This document shows positions 46,354-53,255 of a DNA stretch of 64,000 bases, piece after piece (within the stretch, counting starts at the first letter, position 1; each line of letters begins with the position of its first letter). Origin of the DNA: Patescibacteria group bacterium (lineage in GTDB: Bacteria; Patescibacteriota; Minisyncoccia; Phycocordibacterales; JACOZG01); contig JBBTTC010000001.1 in NCBI GenBank assembly GCA_038064435.1, forward strand, positions 3,170 to 67,169, in the 5' to 3' direction. The notes beneath the pieces are model-generated. The model did not search any database. It was not told the origin of the DNA and was given only the letters and a program-made list of their open reading frames with translations. Made by a program: the position numbers and the translations under genes.

Positions 46354-47673
46354 ATGTTTAAATCTTTTTTTAGAAAAATAATTTCCACTCTTTTGCGTTG
46401 GGAGGCGCGGCTGGTGCTCATCAAGTATCGACCCAAAATCGTGGCAGTGACGGGCAGTGTGGGTAAGACTACCACTAAGGATGCTGTCTATCATTTGTTG
46501 AACCATTTTTATCCTACAGGCCGGAGTCAAAAAAGTTATAACAGCGATTTGGGTTTGCCGTTGACAATTTTGGGTTGCGACAGCGCCGGCCGGAGGCCGG
46601 CGGGCTGGATCAAGAATTTGCTCGAGGGTTTGGTGTTGGTTTTTTGGCCCAATCATTATCCCAAGTGGTTGGTGTTGGAGGTGGGAGCTGATCGCCCGGG
46701 TGACATAGCTTCGATCATTGCTTGGCTTCGACCGGACATGGCGATATTAACTGCTTTGCCGGAGGTGCCGGCCCACATCGAGTTTTTCGCCACCGCCGAG
46801 GCCGTGGCACGGGAGAAAAGTTTTTTGTTGGCGGCGATAAAGAAAAAAGGAATCGCGATTTTGAATCATGACGATGAGCGTATTGCTGGAGTAAAAAAGT
46901 CATTGGCCAATCATTGGGCCGAACGCCAGATTCGTATTCTAAGTTACGGGTTTGGGGGTGGGGATGTTCGAGCCTCGCACGACCACTTAATTGCTGGCGC
47001 TGATGGGGAGATGTGGCCACGTGGTTTGAGTTTCAAGATCAATTATGGTTCGAATTCCATCCCGCTTTCAATTCCGGCGATTTTAGCGCGTGAGCAAGCC
47101 CAAGCTGTGTTGGCGGCTTTGGCGGTTGGTCAGGCACTGGAATTGTCGTGGCTCAAAATGACGGAGGCAATGACCACTTTTGTACCGCCGCCCGGTCGTT
47201 TACGTTCGCTCCCCGGGATTAAAAATACCTTATTGATTGATGACACTTATAATTCTTCGCCGGCGGCATTGGTAGCGGCGCTGGAGCTGGTCAAAAAAAT
47301 TCCCGTCACCGGTCGGCGTATTGTGGTGCTCGGCGATATGCTGGAACTCGGCACGCAAACCATGGCGGCGCATCGCGCCGCCGGTGTGGCGGCCGCGGCG
47401 GTGGCTGATTTTTTAATTACCGTTGGACCGCGAGCTAAATTTATTGCCGAGGCGGCTGATAAAAAGAGGTTTGGCAAACGCAAAATGAAACATTTTGATG
47501 AGCCGAATGAAGTTGGGCAGTTTTTGCAAAACTTTCTCCAGCCCGGCGACTTGGTTTTGTTTAAAGCCTCGCAGGCCGTGCGTCTCGAGCGCGCCGTACT
47601 GGAGGTTATGGCCGAGCCGGCCCGGCGCGCAGAACTGCTTGTCAGGCAAGACCGCGACTGGTTAAATAGGTAA
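46354..47673 (+). CDS. murF: Mur ligase, most likely UDP-MurNAc-tripeptide--D-Ala-D-Ala ligase MurF
   Basis: IVAVTGSVGKTTTKDAVYHLL (P-loop), Mur ligase middle and C-terminal domains. 439 aa fits MurF better than MurE. Confidence 0.65.
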   Translation: MFKSFFRKIISTLLRWEARLVLIKYRPKIVAVTGSVGKTTTKDAVYHLLNHFYPTGRSQKSYNSDLGLPLTILGCDSAGRRPAGWIKNLLEGLVLVFWPNHYPKWLVLEVGADRPGDIASIIAWLRPDMAILTALPEVPAHIEFFATAEAVAREKSFLLAAIKKKGIAILNHDDERIAGVKKSLANHWAERQIRILSYGFGGGDVRASHDHLIAGADGEMWPRGLSFKINYGSNSIPLSIPAILAREQAQAVLAALAVGQALELSWLKMTEAMTTFVPPPGRLRSLPGIKNTLLIDDTYNSSPAALVAALELVKKIPVTGRRIVVLGDMLELGTQTMAAHRAAGVAAAAVADFLITVGPRAKFIAEAADKKRFGKRKMKHFDEPNEVGQFLQNFLQPGDLVLFKASQAVRLERAVLEVMAEPARRAELLVRQDRDWLNR

Positions 47674-47687
47674 TATCTAACGGTTAG

Positions 47688-47737
47688 TCCCGATTCCGTA
47701 AACGGAATCGCGGATCCACGTCCCGACAAGTCGGGAC
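47688..47737 (+). repeat. Hairpin-pair repeat unit, copy 1 (conserved hairpin cgattccgtAAacggaatcg plus variable hairpin gtcccgacAAgtcgggac), upstream of the GIY-YIG ORF
   Basis: 27-nt tcccgattccgtaaacggaatcgcgga at 47688-47714 recurs at 48020-48046 with 26/27 identity. It is embedded between tRNA-Glu-like fragments tctaacggttag (47676-47687) and gacatcagcccctca (47742-47756). Confidence 0.6.
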
Positions 47738-47764
47738 GGGAGACATCAGCCCCTCATTCATTAG

Positions 47765-48007
47765 ATGTATAGCACGTATATTTTAAAATTAAGTGACAAT
47801 TCTTATTACATTGGTAGTACTGGCAATTTATCTCAACGTATTTTTGCACACGAACAAGCAAAAGTTCGTTCTACCAAAAACAAGTTACCTTGCCAATTAA
47901 TCTATCAAGAAAATCATGGCACCAGAAGTGAAGCTCAAGCCAGAGAATATCAGATCAAAAAATGGAAAAGTCGCGCGGCGATTGAAAGGTTATTGAAAAA
48001 TCAGTAG
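47765..48007 (+). CDS. GIY-YIG nuclease superfamily protein (small YhbQ/UPF0213-type)
   Basis: YILKLSDNSYYIGSTGNLSQRIFAHEQ is the GIY-(10 aa)-YIG motif with conserved R. 80 aa. Confidence 0.75.
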   Translation: MYSTYILKLSDNSYYIGSTGNLSQRIFAHEQAKVRSTKNKLPCQLIYQENHGTRSEAQAREYQIKKWKSRAAIERLLKNQ

Positions 48008-48019
48008 GATAAGTATCGG

Positions 48020-48072
48020 TCCCGATTCCGTTTACGGAATCGCGGACTCGCGATTTTTGCTAGCAAAAATCG
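48020..48072 (+). repeat. Hairpin-pair repeat unit, copy 2 (same conserved hairpin plus different second hairpin cgatttttgcTAgcaaaaatcg), immediately 5' of tRNA-Glu
   Basis: tcccgattccgtttacggaatcgcgga at 48020-48046, then a perfect 10-bp-stem palindrome at 48051-48072. Confidence 0.6.
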
Positions 48073-48075
48073 GAG

Positions 48076-48147
48076 GGCCCTATCGTCTAACGGTTAGGAC
48101 ATCAGCTTCTCAAGCTGGTAATCCGGGTTCGATTCCCGGTGGGGTCA
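48076..48147 (+). tRNA. tRNA-Glu (anticodon CTC), no encoded CCA
   Basis: Manual fold: acceptor ggcccta/tggggtc; U8; D-arm gtct-aacggtta-ggac; anticodon arm tcagc-ttCTCaa-gctgg; T-arm ccggg-ttcgatt-cccgg; discriminator A. Confidence 0.8.
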
Positions 48148-48388
48148 TAAAAACAAGGAACCAGATGCGAAGCATCGGTGACTATGTTTTTATGATCTAA
48201 TCATATCCTTTTCGCGAACTTTTTTCCAGCAAAACTAACTCATCCCGCCACGCCTCGGGAGTACCCTCGGCGTCCGCCCTCCGCCCCAGCGCCAATCCAT
48301 GCTTTTTGTTTGGCGTGGGTTTTTTGATTTCGGAATGGGCGCTGGGGCTTCGGGCGGACCAAATTTAGTTTATCAAAAATTTCGATTA

Positions 48389-48422
48389 CGAAAAAGAAAA
48401 ACCCGCACACAAGGTACGGGTT
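48389..48422 (-). terminator. Rho-independent terminator (minus strand) after the small membrane-protein operon
   Basis: On the minus strand: aacccgtaccttgtgtgcgggtt followed by tttctttttcg. Confidence 0.6.
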
Positions 48423-48462
48423 CCAGATTTTGTTCACCACTTCTGGAAAGTGGACCATCTGG

Positions 48463-48693
48463 TCATTGGTGGAAAAAGACGACTAGGCATGTTACGAAAC
48501 ATAACATCCCTTCCAACATAACTCTTTTTCTACGCAAAACTCGAGGCGTGGAGGAAGAACTCTTGTTCGTGTAATAGTTGGTAATGGTTTCGAGATCCTC
48601 CTTTGCTCCCAACCAAAAATAGGAACCAAAAACTACAACCAAGGCCGAGAGAAACATTCCGACTTTAGTCAAATCAAGCAAATTCGGGTGCAT
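48463..48693 (-). CDS. Small membrane protein (2 TM), hypothetical
   Basis: 76 aa with two hydrophobic helices. Its own terminator lies downstream, and it sits 5 nt after the preceding gene on the same strand. Confidence 0.5.
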   Translation of the reverse strand: MHPNLLDLTKVGMFLSALVVVFGSYFWLGAKEDLETITNYYTNKSSSSTPRVLRRKRVMLEGMLCFVTCLVVFFHQ

Positions 48694-48698
48694 GGCAA

Positions 48699-49205
48699 CT
48701 ATTCCTTTGTTAAAGTGCTTGGTTGATTCTCAACTTCGTTGAGGGCAAAAACCAAACTTTCCTTGGAAATAAACAATTCCTTCTCTTTGTTTGTTTGGTC
48801 GTGGAAGCGATACACACCGTCCACAATTTTTTGGAAGCAAAGATGTTCACCCCCACGCAGATTAACAATGTTGCCCGCCTGCAAACGATTGACTATCTCA
48901 TTTGCTTTTTGTTCCCACGCTCTGTACAGCTGGCCGGGGGTTTGTTCGTCGAGATTTTTCCTTTCGTGTGACAGGGGTGGAAGCGAATGTGTATACATCA
49001 TAACAAATCCTCCCAAAATCACACCAGCAATTCCAGCCCCACCGAACCAACCAACAAGAAAGATCTTGTTGCGTCGGTTCTGTAAACTTTCTTCCTGCAG
49101 ACCGCACAAACCGATCAGGACCATGAAAGAAATACAACAAATCATAATCATCTCTAATTCTCCTCTGGCCAAGCTTGGCCAAAACGGGTTCCATTCTGTT
49201 GTCAA
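48699..49205 (-). CDS. Membrane protein (2 TM plus soluble C-domain), hypothetical
   Basis: Hydrophobic helices MIMICCISFMVLIGLCGL and IFLVGWFGGAGIAGVILGGFVMM. A promoter lies upstream on the minus strand. Confidence 0.5.
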   Translation of the reverse strand: MTTEWNPFWPSLARGELEMIMICCISFMVLIGLCGLQEESLQNRRNKIFLVGWFGGAGIAGVILGGFVMMYTHSLPPLSHERKNLDEQTPGQLYRAWEQKANEIVNRLQAGNIVNLRGGEHLCFQKIVDGVYRFHDQTNKEKELFISKESLVFALNEVENQPSTLTKE

Positions 49206-49252
49206 GGTGGTGAACGCTCACCACGAACAATTTGCAACGATTTACTAATGCT

Positions 49253-49281
49253 AGTTTAGCACATCGCCCTAAACTTGTCAA
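49253..49281 (-). promoter_or_regulatory. Sigma70-like promoter on the minus strand (TTGACA -17- TAAACT) for the membrane-protein operon
   Basis: Minus-strand sequence ttgacaagtttagggcgatgtgctaaact, with an exact 17-nt spacer. Confidence 0.5.
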
Positions 49282-49419
49282 GTGTTTTGGCTATGTCAAA
49301 TAACCATTATTTCAAGGCACATTCTGACCCCTTGACGCCGTTTGAGTATTTGCTATTATGGGAATACAAACGGTTTCGGCCTCATCCGCCTCGGCGGATA
49401 GAAAACGCAAAAGCGGTTA

Positions 49420-49809
49420 TCACTGGCAAAGTTTGATGACCGCTTTTTGTATTTTGGCATAATCCTCGGTTTTCAAAACGGCAAATTTATCGAGCAACCG
49501 CTTGGCATCCACTAATCGTAATTGAGAAATGATAGCCGAGCGTTCCTCGCCATCACTTAAATCTACTGGCACATAGAATTTACCGCCTTTGCGTTTTCTG
49601 GTCAGTGGAATAGACCAAAAAACTTCATTGTTGAACTTTTTGAAAATGATGATCGGACGAGCGAAGTTGTAACCTTTGCCATCTTGCTCAAAACCAACAT
49701 TGTAACCGAGTGAGCACCACCAGACCTCACGCTCGTGGAAAAACACCCGCGCGCCCTCGTTATGTAACTTCTCTTTCTTTTTGTGCCACTTCAAAAAGTC
49801 TTTCTCCAT
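49420..49809 (-). CDS. MazF/PemK-family endoribonuclease toxin-like protein (orphan: no adjacent antitoxin ORF)
   Basis: REVWWCSLGYNVGFEQDGKGYNFARPIIIFKKFNNEVFWSIPLT...SAIISQLRLVDAKRL matches the PemK/MazF pattern (ge.w.v.lgpn.GsEq.G.rPvlvl...fn...f...P.T.......S.vl.dQiR.vdk.RL). Start at ATG 49809 preceded by tattat with no SD, so leaderless-like. The TTG at 49839 was rejected. Confidence 0.65.
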   Translation of the reverse strand: MEKDFLKWHKKKEKLHNEGARVFFHEREVWWCSLGYNVGFEQDGKGYNFARPIIIFKKFNNEVFWSIPLTRKRKGGKFYVPVDLSDGEERSAIISQLRLVDAKRLLDKFAVLKTEDYAKIQKAVIKLCQ

Positions 49810-49897
49810 GATTTGATAATAGCAAAATTTGCTTCTCAATTGAAAAAGTTAGTCGTGTGCAAAATCCGAGCGAATGATATAATTAGTTCAAAATAAC

Positions 49898-50878
49898 TTG
49901 AGGAAAAAAATTCGCGTGGCGGTGGTGTCGGGAGGTAAGTCGGCGGAGCATGAGGTATCACTCCGTTCGGCTAAGAACGTGGCTGCGGCCATGGACAAAA
50001 GTAAGTACGAAGTGGTACCAGTTAAAATTGGTAAGACTGGTCAGTGGCCAATTCGTGGTTCGTGGGAAAAATTTTTTAGCTCAATAGACGTAGTATTCCC
50101 AATTTTGCATGGGCCATTTGGTGAAGACGGTACGGTGCAGGGCTTGCTCAAAATTATTGGCGTGCCGTTTGTTGGCGCTGGCGTGTTGGGCTCAGCCGTG
50201 GGGATGGATAAGGACGTGATGAAGCGACTGTTACGTCAGGCCAGTATTCCGGTCGGTAAATTTATGGTTTTTAAATCTGGTGAGAAAATTAGTTTTGTTC
50301 GGGTAAGACGGGGGTTAGGTTTACCACTTTTTGTTAAACCGGCCAACATGGGTTCGTCGGTGGGGGTGAGTAAGGCGGTTGATGAATTGTCTTTGGCCAA
50401 AGCTATTAAGACCGCATTTAAATTTGACACCAAAATTATTATTGAAGAATTTATTGCCGGTCGAGAATTGGAATGTGCTGTGCTCGGCAATGACGAGCCG
50501 ATAGTTTCGGTGCCTGGCGAAGTTTTGGTCAAAGGTGGCTTTTATTCTTATGAGGCCAAATATAGCAGCGCGAGCGAGGCCGTAACGGAAATTCCAGCTA
50601 AGGTTCCACAAAAAATAGTCAAAGAAATTCAAAAACTAGCCGTAAAAACCTTCACCACCCTGTGTGGCGAGGGTTTGGCGCGGGTGGATTTTTTTCTCAA
50701 GAATGACGGCCGAATTTATGTTAATGAAATAAACACCATGCCCGGGTTTACTAATATCAGCATGTATCCTAAACTATGGGCCGAGAGCGGGATATCGTAC
50801 TCGCACCTAATTGACCGTCTCATCCAACTCGCTCTCGCTCACACCAAAGCCGAGAAAAAATTGAGAATTTCTATATGA
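49898..50878 (+). CDS. ddl: D-alanine--D-alanine ligase (TTG start)
   Basis: RVAVVSGGKSAEHEVSLRSAKNV, ATP-grasp motifs, C-terminal ...INEINTMPGFT. Confidence 0.9.
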   Translation: MRKKIRVAVVSGGKSAEHEVSLRSAKNVAAAMDKSKYEVVPVKIGKTGQWPIRGSWEKFFSSIDVVFPILHGPFGEDGTVQGLLKIIGVPFVGAGVLGSAVGMDKDVMKRLLRQASIPVGKFMVFKSGEKISFVRVRRGLGLPLFVKPANMGSSVGVSKAVDELSLAKAIKTAFKFDTKIIIEEFIAGRELECAVLGNDEPIVSVPGEVLVKGGFYSYEAKYSSASEAVTEIPAKVPQKIVKEIQKLAVKTFTTLCGEGLARVDFFLKNDGRIYVNEINTMPGFTNISMYPKLWAESGISYSHLIDRLIQLALAHTKAEKKLRISI

Positions 50879-51591
50879 AAGCCGAAAGGGCGACTAACCC
50901 ACATCAGTACGATTCTCCGGAAATTAATTGGCCCGTTTTGGGTGCCGAAGACGCTCGCAAATATTTTCGTGATGTTCTAGATTCAATCATCAAGGATGAT
51001 TATTTAGAGGGGAAAAAAGTAATTGATATCGGTTCCGGAGTCGGGCACTTGTTTGATTGGTTACGCACAAGAGGCGCTAGTGATGTAACTGGCATCGATC
51101 CGTCAACAAAAAATATTGCAATAAGCAGTAATAAATACCCATGGGCGATTTCGGTGGTATCAACATGAAATGAAGTTGCCGAGAAAAATGTTGAGCCCTT
51201 TGATGTGGCGATAGCAATTTTAGTTTTCGAACATATCCAAAACCTGCGCGAAGCTTTTGGTGACGTAAACAAACTTCTTCGCACTGGGGGACAGTTTTAT
51301 CTAATTGTATGCGACAAAGATTACAGTGTTTCTAATGATAAAGAATTGAGAAGCGCTGGGTTTGTAAGTACGGAAATAATAAAAGAGTTGGAGGGCGACG
51401 CTGTTGAAACCAAAACCGTAAGAGATTTAACCGACGGTTCTTCTAGCGTGATGTACGATATTTTTCGACCGGTCGAACAGGTTCGAGAGGCAGCTAAGAC
51501 AGAAGGATTAACATTAATTACCGAGCAAGCTTTATTGAGTTCCACCGCAACCCCGGTTCCCATGTTGCATGTTTTAGTCTTCACTAAATAA
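50875..51591 (+). pseudogene. Class I SAM-dependent methyltransferase interrupted by a single in-frame TGA (51166-51168)
   Basis: The upstream part carries motif I VIDIGSGVGHL and post-I DVTGIDPS. The downstream part carries FDVAIAILVFEHIQN...LLRTGGQF (motifs II/III). Both parts are in the same frame, separated only by TGA (VVST*NEVAE). Confidence 0.55.
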
Positions 51592-51602
51592 GATTTGTAA
51601 AA

Positions 51603-51785
51603 ATGATCAAACTAATTGTGTTGTTGGGAATAATTGGAGTAATGGTTTGGTACAGTTTGAGTTTGTTTGAAAACAATGTGACGACTGGTGATTCGTCAGA
51701 CGATAATGTTAATCCAATCCAAGCGGCCAAAGAGGCAAAAAACTTGATTGAAGGTAGGTTTAATCAACAAACATTGCCGGAGTAG
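51603..51785 (+). CDS. Small single-TM protein, hypothetical
   Basis: 60 aa, N-terminal helix LIVLLGIIGVMVWYSL. Weak evidence. Confidence 0.3.
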   Translation: MIKLIVLLGIIGVMVWYSLSLFENNVTTGDSSDDNVNPIQAAKEAKNLIEGRFNQQTLPE

Positions 51786-52000
51786 GTTTTTGTTGGTAGT
51801 ATCAAAAAAGTCATTAGTTCTCGAGTTTAGCAGGAGATAAGGGGTGAAAGTTTTTTATTGGGTACGGATCGAGAGTGGTCACTGGTTGCAGGTTAGTCGG
51901 CGCCGCTGGGAACGAGCCACTGGGCCGAGAATAATTGTCCACGCCCTTGGCACGGCGGCTAATCATGAAAGGATCAAACGATTGATGTCGTTGCCGAATT

Positions 52001-52035
52001 GAGCGGTTGTTTTACACAGCCGCTCGTTTTTTTTA
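52001..52035 (+). terminator. Hairpin plus T-run overlapping the 3' end of thrS (plus-strand terminator)
   Basis: gagcgg ttgttttacacag ccgctc followed by gtttttttttattt. Confidence 0.5.
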
Positions 52036-53238
52036 TTTAAAACGCGACAGAAAATCAGAGACGGACGATTTACTTGATTGGCCGGTGTCGCGATCTTCGA
52101 TGGTGATATTGCCGGCCACGGCCTCGGCCGCGCCGATGATGAGCAGATAAGGAATCTTTTGTAATTTGGCGCCGCGAATTTTTTTGCCCAGAGTCTCATT
52201 ATCAAAATTGGTTTCAACTCGGATATTGGCTTGACGTAATTCGGTGGCCACGCGCTCGGCGTAGGCCACTTCTTTTTCGCTCACCGAGAGGATCATGGTT
52301 TGCACGGGCGCGAGCCAAATTGGCAAAGCGCCGCCAGTAAATTCCAAAACAGTGGCCACGAAGCGCTCGATCGAACCCATGATGGCGCAATGCACCATCA
52401 TGATTCGCTCTTTTTCACCCTGCTCATTAATGCAAGTTAGATCAAAGCGCTCTGGCACATTAACGTCAAGTTGAATGGTGGCCAATTGCCATTCGCGACC
52501 AAGTGGATCAATGGCGGTGAAATCAATTTTTGGACCGTAAAAGGCCGCTTCGCCCGCCACTTCTTCGGCGTTAACCTGACGATCGTGTACCACTTCACGC
52601 AAAACATTTTCGGCTTTTTGCCAGTCGATCTCGGTGCCGAGGTATTTTTCCATCTTTTGCGAGTCGTGAAAGGAGAGACGGATTTGCCATTTATCAAAGC
52701 CAACGGCGCCATAAAATTCTTCAATAATTTGCCAAACTTTTTCGATTTCGCTTTTCGCCTGATCGGCCCGACAAAAAACGTGAGCATCATCTTGAGTGAT
52801 GGAGCGCACGCGCGTGAGACCGCCCAATTCGCCTGTTTGTTCGTCGCGATAGACCATGGTGGTATTGGCGTAGCGTATCGGCAGGTCGCGGTAGCTTTGC
52901 GGTCGCCGCCGGTAAATCTCGATATGGTGCGGGCAATTCATCGGTTTAACAGCAAAAAGGTGCCCCTCTCGGCTAGTGATTTTGAAAAGCTCGTCGGAAA
53001 ATTTGGTCCAATGGCCGCTGGTCTCGTACAGATCCTTTTTGGTAAGGTGCGGAATTTCCACTTTTTGATAGCCGCGCCGTTGGCGCAATTCCCACACCAA
53101 TTTGTCGGCGGCATCACGAATGGCCGTGCCGCGCGGCGTCCAGAGTGGTAGGCCCGAGCCAACTAAATCGGAAAAAACAAATAAGTCCAACTCTTGACCG
53201 AGCTGGCGATGGTCGGGCTTGGCAGGTATTTCAGACAT
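52033..53238 (-). CDS. thrS: Threonyl-tRNA synthetase, catalytic core plus anticodon-binding domain only (no N-terminal editing domains)
   Basis: DHRQLGQELDLF, class II motifs (FRAEQ-like ...YRDEQTGELGGLTRVRSITQDDAHVF), zinc-site PMNCPHH, C-terminal anticodon-binding domain. 401 aa against about 640 typical. Confidence 0.85.
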   Translation of the reverse strand: MSEIPAKPDHRQLGQELDLFVFSDLVGSGLPLWTPRGTAIRDAADKLVWELRQRRGYQKVEIPHLTKKDLYETSGHWTKFSDELFKITSREGHLFAVKPMNCPHHIEIYRRRPQSYRDLPIRYANTTMVYRDEQTGELGGLTRVRSITQDDAHVFCRADQAKSEIEKVWQIIEEFYGAVGFDKWQIRLSFHDSQKMEKYLGTEIDWQKAENVLREVVHDRQVNAEEVAGEAAFYGPKIDFTAIDPLGREWQLATIQLDVNVPERFDLTCINEQGEKERIMMVHCAIMGSIERFVATVLEFTGGALPIWLAPVQTMILSVSEKEVAYAERVATELRQANIRVETNFDNETLGKKIRGAKLQKIPYLLIIGAAEAVAGNITIEDRDTGQSSKSSVSDFLSRFK

Positions 53239-53255
53239 TTGGTTATCTTAGCAAT

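Noticed and set aside
49206-49419. Antitoxin ORF downstream of the MazF-like gene
   Set aside because: Only ORFs of 10 codons or fewer exist on the relevant strand, and the region is occupied by a promoter and terminator. The 127-aa ORF 48898..49281 overlaps the membrane-protein gene out of frame.
49837-49839. TTG start giving a 139-aa MazF-like protein
   Set aside because: The ATG at 49809 sits directly after a -10-like tattat. The extra 10 residues are not part of the conserved PemK fold.
51166-51168. Selenocysteine insertion at the in-frame TGA
   Set aside because: SAM-dependent methyltransferases are not selenoproteins, and no SECIS-like hairpin follows the codon. A nonsense mutation or sequencing error is more parsimonious.
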